64,000 nt of DNA from Gammaproteobacteria bacterium (GTDB taxonomy: Bacteria > Pseudomonadota > Gammaproteobacteria > Eutrophobiales > Eutrophobiaceae). Positions 20,658 through 30,135 of the stretch are shown one piece after another. A program made the position numbers and the translations under genes. The stretch covers positions 2,560,001-2,624,000 of the forward strand of contig OZ244905.1 of assembly GCA_965221695.1 (NCBI GenBank), in the 5' to 3' direction. Under the pieces are notes generated by a model that saw only the letters and a list, made by a program, of their open reading frames with translations, did no database searches and was not told the DNA's origin. The stretch's first letter is position 1. Every line of letters begins with the position of its first letter.

Positions 20658-21605
20658 ATGTATTTTACAAAAAACGTAATAAGAGCATTAAGACCTTCGC
20701 TTATTATTGTCTTGCTGGCCCTGGTGGCCGGTTGTAACACGACGCCCGTAAGCCGGACATCCGGTGCGCCGGGCGCGCCAGGGTCGCCTGGATCGCCCGG
20801 GCCATCAGGCTCCCCCGGCTCAACCGGTTCTTCCGGCCCATCCATACAGGTGGAGGCGCCGGGCATGCCCGGTGTGCCTGGCGTACCGGGCGTGCCGGGG
20901 CTGCCCACAACCGGTTCGGGTGATGGTGGGGGCGCCTCCGCTCCTGTTACGGTCTCCATACCAACGCCGTCGACCGGCGCCCCGCCCGCAAGCGCCGGCA
21001 CAGGTCAGCCCACGACGCAGACCGGCGCAGCACAACAACCGGCCGGCTCTACACCCAGCGTCGGCGGCCAGGGCAAGAGCGACGATCAAATCCTGGCGGA
21101 AGCCTTGGAGGAACTCAATAAACGGCCCGGCGCGGGGCAACCGGGCGAGAGCGCTGCCGGGCAAACGCCACAGGCTGGTGGCGGCAATCCGGCAACTACC
21201 GATGCCGAGAAGAAGCAATCCCTGGGCAAGGAACTGGAACAGGGTTTTGCCGAATTCGACGAGCTGATGCTGAACGAAAAGCAGGCAAACAGGCAGCGCG
21301 CGGACCAGGAGGGCTTCGCGGACTTCCCCGAGGATGATGACCTGCTTGCCGGGAACGATCCGGCGCAAGGCGGCGCTGAAGGGCCCTTGCAGACCGCAAT
21401 GGTGGATTCCGACCCCGCATCCATCAAGGGCGATATGAATATCCCGACACGCAGCCACAGCCAGGTCCCGCCTGATCTGGCGGATGCCAAGGATGACGAT
21501 ATTATTGCGCGCCAATTGCGCGAGGCCGCGATGAAAGAACAGGATCCCGAGCTAAGGGAAAAGCTCTGGGACGAATATCGCAAGTACAAGCGAGATTTAA
21601 GATGA
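20658..21605 (+). CDS. Lipoprotein with Gly/Pro-rich linker and charged C-terminal domain
   Basis: Lipobox LVAGC, PGx repeats, C-terminal DDDIIARQLREAA...LWDEYRKYK. Confidence 0.75.
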   Translation: MYFTKNVIRALRPSLIIVLLALVAGCNTTPVSRTSGAPGAPGSPGSPGPSGSPGSTGSSGPSIQVEAPGMPGVPGVPGVPGLPTTGSGDGGGASAPVTVSIPTPSTGAPPASAGTGQPTTQTGAAQQPAGSTPSVGGQGKSDDQILAEALEELNKRPGAGQPGESAAGQTPQAGGGNPATTDAEKKQSLGKELEQGFAEFDELMLNEKQANRQRADQEGFADFPEDDDLLAGNDPAQGGAEGPLQTAMVDSDPASIKGDMNIPTRSHSQVPPDLADAKDDDIIARQLREAAMKEQDPELREKLWDEYRKYKRDLR

Positions 21606-22804
21606 AAACAAGTCATTTCAAACTGGCAGCGACCGTTGTATTGGCATGTTTCAGCCTGGTTGCATGCAACACGACCACGGTAAAGACAACCAGTTACGAG
21701 GAAGTGGCGATCGAAGCCGAGACGACGCCGGAAGAATTATTGCTGGATGTGGGGATCGGCATCTTCAACCCTGGTACTGACACGTTAAGCGTTGAGGAAG
21801 AGGGTGTGTTTCCGAAGATTCGCGAGGCAGAGGCGCGTTTCATGCCGTACAAACTGATGGAGACACTGCAGCATACCGGCAACTGGGGCGTGGTGCGGGT
21901 GATTCCGGACCGCCTCAGCGAAATGGATCTGTGGGTTGACGGGGAAATCCTGAAGTCTGACGGGGAAAACCTGTGGCTGCAAATTACCGTGGAAGACGCG
22001 ACGGGAAAACGCTGGTTCAGCAAGAAATATACAGGGGTGGCCGGGAAGTACTCGTATGACGATACGACTTCCAATGACCGCGAACCGTTCCAGAGGGTCT
22101 ACAACCAGATAGCTAACGATTTGCTGGGTTATCGCAGCCTGTATGACGCGGCTGAGATCCGGAACATGCGTACCGTTGCAGAGTTGAAGTTTGCCCGGGA
22201 TTTCTCTCCGCAGGTGTTCCACGATTACCTGGCGTTGGATGACAAGGGACGCTATGTGGTGAAACGCCTGCCCGCCGCAGATGACCCGAGCCTGCAACAG
22301 GTTCGCCAGATCCGGGAGCGGGACTACATCTTCGTCGACACGTTGCAGCAGTATTACGCCTCGTTCGTCGACCAGATGGAGGAGCCGTACCGGGAATGGC
22401 GCGAGGCATTCTACCTGGAAAGCCAGGCATTAAAGGAGGTCAGGTCGGAAGCGAACACCCGACTGGTCGGCGGCGCGCTGGCCGTGCTGGCCGGCATCCT
22501 GGCCCAGGGCGTTGACAGCCGGACGGCAAATACTGCCGGTTGGGTCGGTATCGGCGCCGGCGCGGCCGCGATCCAGAGCGGATTGCAAAAGCGTGAAGAG
22601 GCCAAGATCCATGTGGAAGCGCTGGAAGAGGTGTCCGCTTCCCTGGATTCGGAGATAGAACCCCATTCCATAGACCTGGAGGACCGCACGGTTACTCTAT
22701 CGGGTTCGGTAAATGAACAATACGGTCAATGGCGACGGATTTTGCAGGAAATTCATGCTACGGAAACCGGACAGCCATTGATTCCGGCAAATGACGGGTC
22801 CTGA
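21602..22804 (+). CDS. Uncharacterised lipoprotein
   Basis: Lipobox LVAC; ATGA overlap with the upstream stop; glycine-zipper-like segment near the C-terminus. Confidence 0.75.
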   Translation: MKTSHFKLAATVVLACFSLVACNTTTVKTTSYEEVAIEAETTPEELLLDVGIGIFNPGTDTLSVEEEGVFPKIREAEARFMPYKLMETLQHTGNWGVVRVIPDRLSEMDLWVDGEILKSDGENLWLQITVEDATGKRWFSKKYTGVAGKYSYDDTTSNDREPFQRVYNQIANDLLGYRSLYDAAEIRNMRTVAELKFARDFSPQVFHDYLALDDKGRYVVKRLPAADDPSLQQVRQIRERDYIFVDTLQQYYASFVDQMEEPYREWREAFYLESQALKEVRSEANTRLVGGALAVLAGILAQGVDSRTANTAGWVGIGAGAAAIQSGLQKREEAKIHVEALEEVSASLDSEIEPHSIDLEDRTVTLSGSVNEQYGQWRRILQEIHATETGQPLIPANDGS

Positions 22805-24341
22805 AGATCCCGGTTTTGTTCCCATCAAGCCGGCGGCGGTCGACCTGACCGCCGCCCCCGCGCAACAACAGAAAACACCGCGCTTCGGCAACCGGCCCCT
22901 GCTATGGCTGGGGGCGGGCGCGTCCTTGTGCGTCGCCGCGCTGGTTGTTTTCCTGCTGCCGCATTGGATTGACAAACCCGTTATCGAACCCGGCAGGACG
23001 GCGCCCGCGGCTGCGCCGAGCGTGTCGGAACCGGCATTACCCGTCGGGAATGCCTCACAACCGGCGCAGAGCGCGGTTGCCGCAGGCGATGCGCCCTGGC
23101 GGAAGGCGCAACAATTCTCCCAGCGCAAAGCGAGCCAGGAAATTCTGGAACAGTTGCTGGAGGTGCAACAAACCCTGGAAGAGAAGGGGGTGACGGTATG
23201 GGGCAGGAAAGAATACGAGCGCGCGCTGGAACATGCCAGAGCCGGTGATGCGGAATACAGCCGGCAGAATTTCCCCCAGGCACATGATCATTATGCCCAG
23301 GCATTGGAAATCTTCACCGGGTTGCTGCAAGGCGTGGAGGAATTATTCTCCGGCGCCATGGACTCCGGCAACGCGGCGTTGTCAGCCGGCGATGCAGCGG
23401 CGGCCACAGACGCGTTCACTATCGCGCTCGCCATCGACCCCATTGATCGGTCAGCGCTGCAAGGGATGGAACGGGCGGAGACCTTAGATGAGGTCATGGG
23501 CCTGGTTGGCAGGGGCGATGAGTTGTTGCGGGATGGCAACGCAGAGCAGGCCAAAGCCCTGTACCAGCAGGCCCTGGCGCTGGACAGCCAATCGGAGCGT
23601 GCCCGGCAACAACTGCAGTCAGCGGAAAGCGCTATCAGCGAGGGCGCCTTCAACCAGGCCATGTCTTCGGGTTTCCGTTTGCTGGAGCAAGGGCAATATG
23701 CGCAGGCGCGGGACGCGTTTTCCGACGCGCTCAAACTGAAGCCGCGTTCACGGGCCGCACGCAACGGCCTTGAGCAGACGCAACATCGAATCACCTCAGC
23801 AAAGATTAACGCAGCGTTGCAACAGGCAGAAACCGCCCAACAGAACGAGGACTGGCAGGGCGCTGTTGCCGCATACGATGTTGCTCTGAAGCTGGACCAC
23901 AGTTTGGGCAATGCCCGCGAAGCCAGGGACCGGGCAGCCCTGCGCAGTGAAATACACACGAGGCTGGAGCAGATACTGGCCCAACCGGAACGGCTGTTTG
24001 ACAACAGTGTGTATACGGAAGTTGCCGGTTTTCGTGATCGGATACAATCGCTGTCCGAACCGGGTCCCGTGCTGACAAGACAACTGGCGGAACTGAACCG
24101 CATCCTGGCCCTGGCGGATACGCCGGTAACGGTGGAGTTCAGGTCCGACAGCCAGACCCGGGTCACCCTCTACAAGGTCGGTGAACTCGGTTATTTCACT
24201 ACTAAAAGCCTGTCGCTGCGCCCGGGCCACTACGTGGCCGCCGGACGCCGTGACGGTTATCGCGATGTACGCGTTGAATTCTTTGTTGATCCTGACAAAG
24301 CCCTGCCGCCAGTGCTTGTCAGCAGCAGCGAAAAGATCTAG
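22791..24341 (+). CDS. Single-TM tetratricopeptide-repeat protein
   Basis: N-terminal TM, repeated A...Y..AL.LD/KP TPR patterns, C-terminal beta domain (LRPGHY...RDGYRDVR, PEGA-like). Confidence 0.8.
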   Translation: MTGPEDPGFVPIKPAAVDLTAAPAQQQKTPRFGNRPLLWLGAGASLCVAALVVFLLPHWIDKPVIEPGRTAPAAAPSVSEPALPVGNASQPAQSAVAAGDAPWRKAQQFSQRKASQEILEQLLEVQQTLEEKGVTVWGRKEYERALEHARAGDAEYSRQNFPQAHDHYAQALEIFTGLLQGVEELFSGAMDSGNAALSAGDAAAATDAFTIALAIDPIDRSALQGMERAETLDEVMGLVGRGDELLRDGNAEQAKALYQQALALDSQSERARQQLQSAESAISEGAFNQAMSSGFRLLEQGQYAQARDAFSDALKLKPRSRAARNGLEQTQHRITSAKINAALQQAETAQQNEDWQGAVAAYDVALKLDHSLGNAREARDRAALRSEIHTRLEQILAQPERLFDNSVYTEVAGFRDRIQSLSEPGPVLTRQLAELNRILALADTPVTVEFRSDSQTRVTLYKVGELGYFTTKSLSLRPGHYVAAGRRDGYRDVRVEFFVDPDKALPPVLVSSSEKI

Positions 24342-24477
24342 ACAACATGCTTGAACCTGCGCGCAAGCTCAAACACGAAGCTTTTGGCTTTCACCAAGCG
24401 CTGCTCGACACTACGCTGGGAGCGCGGGTGCCACCAGCTTGGGATCGCCCGATGTATCTGCCAGTCTGATTGAAGCC

Positions 24478-26550
24478 ATGTCAAAAGATCCCTCAACGAA
24501 TGAAGACAGGCCCGGCCGAATCGAGGCGGCACAGTATGTACCGCTCTCGTCAAAAAAATCCGCCCGATCCATTCGGGTTAATCCGCGGCGTTTCCTCATC
24601 GCCGCGTTGCTGACGCTCGGCGCGTTTTGCGCGTGGTTCATGTTCAGCGCCAGAGCCGTTTATATCGAAACAGAGCCCGCGAATGCCGGCATAGAGCTGT
24701 CCGGCTCACTGAAACTGAAGCTGGCGCACCGCTACCTGCTGCGCCCCGGCGCCCATGATCTTCTCGTCTCCGCCGAGGGCTTCCGGCCGTTACGGGAAAC
24801 ACTTGTCGTCAGCGCAGAGGCTGCCCAACACTACCTGTACCGGCTGGAAAAACTGCCCGGCCACCTGCTCATCGACAGCGGCGCGGTAACCGGCGCAGAG
24901 GCGCTGCTGGACGGTATTTCCAGAGGGAACACGCCGTTGCGCGTCGGCGACCTGGCGCCGGGCGAGTATCTGCTGGAGATCAGGGCCGAGCGTTATCTGC
25001 CATGGCGCGGGGAGATAATGATAGAAGGAATGGATCGTGAACAGTCGGTGAGCGCAGAGTTAAAGCCGGCCTGGGCGGAAGTCAGTATTGCGTCGGAACC
25101 GGCTGCTGCGCAGGTGTTCAGCGGGGACGAAATACTTGGCACAACGCCGCTCAGCGCGCAACTGCTGCAGGGCAGGTATGAGATCAGGATCAAGGCAGAC
25201 GGCTACAAGGTCTGGCAGGACTCGATTAACGTGGTCGCGGGCAAACCACAGTCCCTCTCCGACATCAGGCTGGAACCGGCAGACGCCACGCTGTTCCTGG
25301 TGTCCACGCCAGCCCGGGCGAATGCCACCATCAACGGCAACTTCATGGGCCTGACGCCGCTGGAAGTCGCAATCACGCCCGGAGAAGCCACCCGAATTCG
25401 ACTGTTCAAACAGGGTTACAACCCGGCCACGAACTCCGTGACCGCGCAGTCGGGCGAGCAGAAAAGACTATCTGTAACCCTGGAACCGGAACTGGTGGCG
25501 GTGGCAGTCAGGGTCGATCCTGCTGATGCGCAATTATTCGTCGACGGCGCGCCGGTTGGAGAGGGCAGCCGTACTTTGCAGTTGCCCACTCGCAAACACC
25601 GGATCGAGGTGCGCAAGCAGGGTTACGTCGATTACAAGACTGAGCTGACACCCCATTTCGGAGTCGAGCATGAATTGGTCGTGCGCTTGAAGTCGGTCAA
25701 ACAGGCAAAGCTGGAGGCTCTCAAACCAGTCATTACGGCGCCGGCCGGTCAAACCCTGAAGCTGTTGTACCCGGACGCCGTTACCATGGGCGCGTCGCGC
25801 CGGGAACCAGGGCGCGGGGCCAATGAAATCCTGCGCAACGTCAAGCTCACGCGGCCGTTTTACCTGGCGCTGAAAGAGGTGACAAATCAGGAATACCGGT
25901 TGTTCGACAAGGGTTTTACGTCCGGGGCCGAGCGCGGCAACAGCCTGAATGGGGACAAACAGCCGGCGGTAAAACTCACCTGGGAGCAGGCGGCAAACTA
26001 TTGCAACTGGTTGAGCAAAGAAGCCTCCCTGACCCCGTTCTACGTTGAACAGGACGGCAAAATTACCGGTTTTGATAACACCGCAAACGGCTACCGCCTG
26101 CCGACCGAGGCGGAATGGGCCTGGGCCGCGCGTACCACGAGCACAGGGCAAACGCTAAAGTTCCCTTGGGGCGCAGAGATGCCTCCCACAAAAAACAGTG
26201 GCAATTACGCCGACCGTAAAGCCGCATCCTTGTTCAGCAGGGTCATCGTCAACTACGATGACGGTTATGTCGTCAGCGCGCCGGTAGGCAGTTTTCCGCC
26301 CAACGGCAAAGGCCTGTTCGACCTGGGCGGCAACGTCGCGGAATGGGTCAACGATTTCTACGGCGTCGAAGTCAGCGCCGGCGGCAAAGTTGAACTCGAC
26401 CCCATGGGACCGGCAAGCGGCGAGTTCCGAGTCATCCGCGGCTCAAGCTGGGCACACGGCGCCATTACCCAACTACGCCTGTCATTCCGCGACTACGACA
26501 ACAAGGCCCGAAACGACGTAGGCTTCAGGATTGCCCGTTTTGCGGATTGA
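24478..26550 (+). CDS. Single-TM multi-PEGA protein with C-terminal FGE-sulfatase (SUMF1-fold) domain
   Basis: Several S.P..A.V..G...G.TPL PEGA repeats; EVTN, RLPTEAEW, GLFDLGGNVAEW, RGSSW, GFR motifs. Confidence 0.88.
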   Translation: MSKDPSTNEDRPGRIEAAQYVPLSSKKSARSIRVNPRRFLIAALLTLGAFCAWFMFSARAVYIETEPANAGIELSGSLKLKLAHRYLLRPGAHDLLVSAEGFRPLRETLVVSAEAAQHYLYRLEKLPGHLLIDSGAVTGAEALLDGISRGNTPLRVGDLAPGEYLLEIRAERYLPWRGEIMIEGMDREQSVSAELKPAWAEVSIASEPAAAQVFSGDEILGTTPLSAQLLQGRYEIRIKADGYKVWQDSINVVAGKPQSLSDIRLEPADATLFLVSTPARANATINGNFMGLTPLEVAITPGEATRIRLFKQGYNPATNSVTAQSGEQKRLSVTLEPELVAVAVRVDPADAQLFVDGAPVGEGSRTLQLPTRKHRIEVRKQGYVDYKTELTPHFGVEHELVVRLKSVKQAKLEALKPVITAPAGQTLKLLYPDAVTMGASRREPGRGANEILRNVKLTRPFYLALKEVTNQEYRLFDKGFTSGAERGNSLNGDKQPAVKLTWEQAANYCNWLSKEASLTPFYVEQDGKITGFDNTANGYRLPTEAEWAWAARTTSTGQTLKFPWGAEMPPTKNSGNYADRKAASLFSRVIVNYDDGYVVSAPVGSFPPNGKGLFDLGGNVAEWVNDFYGVEVSAGGKVELDPMGPASGEFRVIRGSSWAHGAITQLRLSFRDYDNKARNDVGFRIARFAD

Positions 26551-26687
26551 ACGGGATAAGCATCAATTGTGTGTCGGTTTCTTTTCGTTATAGGGTGAAC
26601 CTGGCTGTTGGCCTGCGACCGGAAGGCGTTTCAGACTTTAATATCCATCCGGATACCTTCGTCTTTGATTATTTCAGGAACCGGGGC

Positions 26688-27875
26688 TCATGGTTCCTGC
26701 TTGGCAATTCTTTTAATATAGTTCATTAATGTGGGAATGCCCGGGTAGTACAGTCCTTGATCCAGCGGGTTTGACTGCCAGATGTAACCTTCATTTATTA
26801 GTTTGTCTCTTGCTGTGTCAGGGGTCAGGTTCTCTGGCAATCTCTTGTCTATGGCATTAAATAGTGTTGTTAGATTATTTTCTGTTATGGTGTGATTGTT
26901 CTCAAAGTGATTGGCCAGTTGAATGGCTGGAAGAAGTAATTTTTCTTTTCTTATTTTGCTGTATCGATCGGCATAAAATGACTGTCTTTGAGTTTCTATT
27001 TCATTAAGCGATTGAGTGGCAATCTCTTTGTCTATATGTGTATGCTTTCGTGCTTGAAGCGTTTTGAACAGAGCTTCTCCCCAAAGCTGGGTAAAATAAG
27101 GATACCCCTGGCTGTCCTTGATTATGTTTCTCATGGTTTCGTCGTCGAATGTAATAGCATATTTTTTTAACGGATCGAGGATCGCTTTGAGAGAATCTTC
27201 CGCAGAAAGTAGTCCAGGGTAGATCTTGTAGTTTCTTTCCCAGAATGTTGAAGATAGTGTGCCGAGATGCTCCCGCAGACCGGGTGTTCCAGCCATGACG
27301 AGTAAGAACGGCGCTCTTTTTTTGGTTTTTTGACTGGCGTTCAGCAATGCTTGACCAACTGGTCGTTCAAGGTTATGAGCCTCGTCAAGTATCAGCAATG
27401 TCGGTTTCTTTAAACAGCGTTGTGTCAACGCAGTTGCAACGGTGGTGAATGCAACCTGCTGCTCCGGGTTGAGTTTTGCGCCTATGCTGGCTTCTGCGGG
27501 TATGCCAACAGGGACAGCAGAGGCGCTGGCCCTGATATTCCCTTCTAATCTGCTGAGCAGGTTTCTCTTATGACTGGCTGGCGCGAGGGCGTTTACAAGT
27601 TCCAGGGTTGTATTAATATCATCAGGCGTAAGGTCAATGATATCGATCTCTTCGGCTGCTTGTCTTGAAGTTTCTTTTTCTAGCCATGTGAGCAATGCTG
27701 TTTTCCCATTGCCGCGGGGTGCGCAAAGGAGAGTATCTTTGGATGGACTGCTTTGTTGTTTCAGTTCATTGATCAATGTGTGGAAATGGTGTTGTTCTGT
27801 CTGCCGTCCGGGGAAGGACGGGGGGACTTGTCCGATTCCTGGCCTGAAGGGATTAATGGTGTTTTCAGGGATCAT
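26688..27875 (-). CDS. AAA-family (AAA_16/STAND-like) ATPase
   Basis: NPFRPG, GRQTE, Walker A APRGNGKT, Walker B LILDEAH, GYPYF.QL; AT-rich DNA. Confidence 0.8.
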   Translation of the reverse strand: MIPENTINPFRPGIGQVPPSFPGRQTEQHHFHTLINELKQQSSPSKDTLLCAPRGNGKTALLTWLEKETSRQAAEEIDIIDLTPDDINTTLELVNALAPASHKRNLLSRLEGNIRASASAVPVGIPAEASIGAKLNPEQQVAFTTVATALTQRCLKKPTLLILDEAHNLERPVGQALLNASQKTKKRAPFLLVMAGTPGLREHLGTLSSTFWERNYKIYPGLLSAEDSLKAILDPLKKYAITFDDETMRNIIKDSQGYPYFTQLWGEALFKTLQARKHTHIDKEIATQSLNEIETQRQSFYADRYSKIRKEKLLLPAIQLANHFENNHTITENNLTTLFNAIDKRLPENLTPDTARDKLINEGYIWQSNPLDQGLYYPGIPTLMNYIKRIAKQEP

Positions 27876-27923
27876 GGTTTTGATGTCTGATCAATATTAG
27901 AATACGATGTATGGCAGTTTCGG

Positions 27924-28229
27924 TTACACCACCTCGGCATGGCCATGCAGCGCACGCAACGCATGCTCCGGGTCTGCGTACAGAATCCTCAGCAACGCTC
28001 GGGCTGGACCGGCTGGCTTTCTGCGACCCTGCTCCCAGTTTTCCAAGGTACGCTTGCTGACACCAAGCAGTGCAGCAAAATGCTTCTGACTCAGACCGGT
28101 CTTCTCGCGAATCTGCCTTACCTCCGGTTCGGAAAACCGGGTGACCCTGCCAGGTGGCAACTCGCCCCCGACTATCCGGTCCATCTCGTGCATGCTTTCC
28201 AGCAATTCATTGAACAGTTCTTTTTTCAT
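27924..28229 (-). CDS. XRE-family HTH protein (NadS/HigA-type antitoxin)
   Basis: ELFNELLESM N-terminus, IREKTGLSQKHFAALLGVSKRTLENWEQGRRKP.GPARALL. Confidence 0.85.
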   Translation of the reverse strand: MKKELFNELLESMHEMDRIVGGELPPGRVTRFSEPEVRQIREKTGLSQKHFAALLGVSKRTLENWEQGRRKPAGPARALLRILYADPEHALRALHGHAEVV

Positions 28230-28240
28230 CTGACCACCCC

Positions 28241-28269
28241 CTTATACGCCTATGGCGTACCAAAGTCAA
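28241..28269 (-). promoter_or_regulatory. Sigma70-like promoter with overlapping palindromic operator
   Basis: Minus strand TTGACT-N17-TATAAG; palindrome TACGCC-TAT-GGCGTA at 28245-28259 overlaps the spacer and -10. Confidence 0.65.
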
Positions 28270-28270
28270 A

Positions 28271-28408
28271 TATTTTCTGTGTAGATTTTACTGACTAACC
28301 TGCGCCCCGTACCATTCCCGCGCAAGCGGGAATCCAGTAGACAAAGGGTCGCCCTGCGGGCGACACAGTATTACACTGGACTCCCGCTTTCGCGGGAGTG
28401 GTACGGAG
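28271..28408. repeat. REP family A full element (dRS3-like arms)
   Basis: Leader, ACCATTCCC-N8-GGGAATCCAGT, central GTCGCCC/GGGCGAC hairpin, inverted arm ACTGGACTCCCGCTTTCGCGGGAGTGGT. Confidence 0.85.
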
Positions 28409-28580
28409 GAATGCCTTGGCCATGGAGTCGAATCCTGGCTGACATGACCTGACTTTCACGGAAGAGTTTGGCGCGCGTCCAACTATTCTTTCAGCCATGC
28501 TATGGATATATGTAATGAGTGCATTCTGATTGGCTGTATAATTCGCAAATCTTTTCTGAATGCAGCCTTGGAGAATAACA

Positions 28581-29300
28581 ATGACAAGAAATATCCAGGA
28601 AGTACCTCAAGAACAACATAACGAAGACCGGATACGGCGCGCCGAGAGCTGGCTCAAACGAAGCGAGGTGGCCGAGGCAAATCGCAAAAAAGCCGTATCT
28701 GATGAGGATAAGGCTGCTTTTGATTGCGAGCAGTTTATCTTTCTTTGGATAGCATTTAATGCCGCATATGGTCGCGAACTGCTTGATAATGATAGTGACG
28801 CCGACAACCCGACTGAGTCTAAAAAGTTTAACGAATTTTTAGCCAAAATCTTAGAACGAGATACGAAGCAAGCTATCAGAACCACGTTGTGGAGAACATT
28901 CTCCAATGCCACTCGTGAGCTTTTGGAAAATCATTACGTGTTCTATTTGTTCTGGCGTTCGCTCAAGGATGCCAATAACAGCATTAATTGGAGGCGCGAG
29001 TTCGAAAGACGAAATAAAACAGTGTCTTCAGCCCTACACGATCATGATATTCAAACAGTTCTTCGCGAGGTTTTCTCGAGACTTTATGTGCTCAGAAATC
29101 AACTATTTCACGGTGGCGCAACGTTTGCCACAGGTTGGGGCAAGTCTCAAGTCAGGGATGGGAGTCGTATCATGGCCAGACTTGTCCCAGCGATTCTAAA
29201 AATTATGGAGACAGACATGCAAAATAATCCCGCGTCAGATATTTGGGGACCCGTTGCATTTCCACGGGTCAATGAAGGTCCTGACCACGGGATAAGGTAA
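28581..29300 (+). CDS. HEPN-domain protein (ApeA-like), predicted RNase
   Basis: FIFLWIAFNAAY and Rx4H motif LYVLRNQLFHGG; GGAG RBS. Confidence 0.75.
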   Translation: MTRNIQEVPQEQHNEDRIRRAESWLKRSEVAEANRKKAVSDEDKAAFDCEQFIFLWIAFNAAYGRELLDNDSDADNPTESKKFNEFLAKILERDTKQAIRTTLWRTFSNATRELLENHYVFYLFWRSLKDANNSINWRREFERRNKTVSSALHDHDIQTVLREVFSRLYVLRNQLFHGGATFATGWGKSQVRDGSRIMARLVPAILKIMETDMQNNPASDIWGPVAFPRVNEGPDHGIR

Positions 29301-29315
29301 AAAGGTTACCTCCCT

Positions 29316-29338
29316 GTGGGCGAGACACCCGCGCCCCC
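29316..29338. repeat. REP family B arm
   Basis: GTGGGCGAGACACCCGCGCCCCC, related to 37038-37092. Confidence 0.6.
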
Positions 29339-29431
29339 AAGGGCGGCTTAGCGCTATATCTTTTCCGACACAGCGCTTACAAGTTAAGGAAACTCAGCAG
29401 CTTTTTCCTCTTTGTCGATACGGAATAGAAT

Positions 29432-30130
29432 ATGGATCACGAACGCAAACAACATCTGCTGCGATTTTATAATCTGATCGATCAGCTCGAACAAAACATT
29501 GGCGGCGCTTGTAAGTTGTCTGAATGCACAGGTCGCATGAATTGGCCACAACGAGGTGTTTACTTCTTCAGAGAAGCAGGCGAGAACCGGGATCATACAA
29601 GCTCGGGGCGTCGTATAGTAAGGGTCGGCACACATGCCCTGAAGACAGGTTCTCGCTCCACGCTCTGGACACGGTTATCGCAGCATAAAGGACAGGCGCA
29701 AAGCGGCGGTGGCAACCATCGTGGTTCGATCTTCCGACTGATAGTCGGCACAGCCCTGATTAGACGAGACAGTCTCGATTACCCGACCTGGGGCCAAGGC
29801 AGCACCGCCAAATCCGAGATAAGACAGCAGGAGATATTACTGGAACAAGCTGTCAGTAGAGTCGTTGGAGCAATGCCGTTTCTGTGGCTGGACATTAACG
29901 ATGAACCTGGCCCTGACAGTCTCCGCGGGAATATAGAGCGCAATGCGATTGCGTTATTGAGCAATTACGGCAAAATGTCTCTTGACCCACCATCGCCCAC
30001 GTGGCTTGGTCAGTTCTGCAATCGTCCATTGGTAAGAGAGTCGGGGCTATGGAACCAGAACCATGTTGCTGAACGATACGACCCGGCTTTTCTCGATTCG
30101 TTGGAAGAACTGGTACACGACATGAAGTAA
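29432..30130 (+). CDS. Divergent GIY-YIG-like nuclease (putative)
   Basis: GVYFF...IVRVG...LWTRLSQH...IERNAI fits the GIY...YIG...R..QH...E layout. Confidence 0.55.
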   Translation: MDHERKQHLLRFYNLIDQLEQNIGGACKLSECTGRMNWPQRGVYFFREAGENRDHTSSGRRIVRVGTHALKTGSRSTLWTRLSQHKGQAQSGGGNHRGSIFRLIVGTALIRRDSLDYPTWGQGSTAKSEIRQQEILLEQAVSRVVGAMPFLWLDINDEPGPDSLRGNIERNAIALLSNYGKMSLDPPSPTWLGQFCNRPLVRESGLWNQNHVAERYDPAFLDSLEELVHDMK

Positions 30131-30135
30131 ACATT

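Noticed and set aside
20760-20910. True collagen domain or DNA tandem repeat
   Set aside because: Only short interrupted Gly-X-Y runs with diverged codons; treated as a flexible linker.
24478-26550. Active formylglycine-generating enzyme
   Set aside because: The catalytic Cys pair after the RGxS motif is absent (RGSSWAHGAITQL) and no sulfatase is nearby.
28295-28498. Small ORF containing WIPACAGM (also 42746-43075)
   Set aside because: Translation of REP/MITE DNA, not a protein family.
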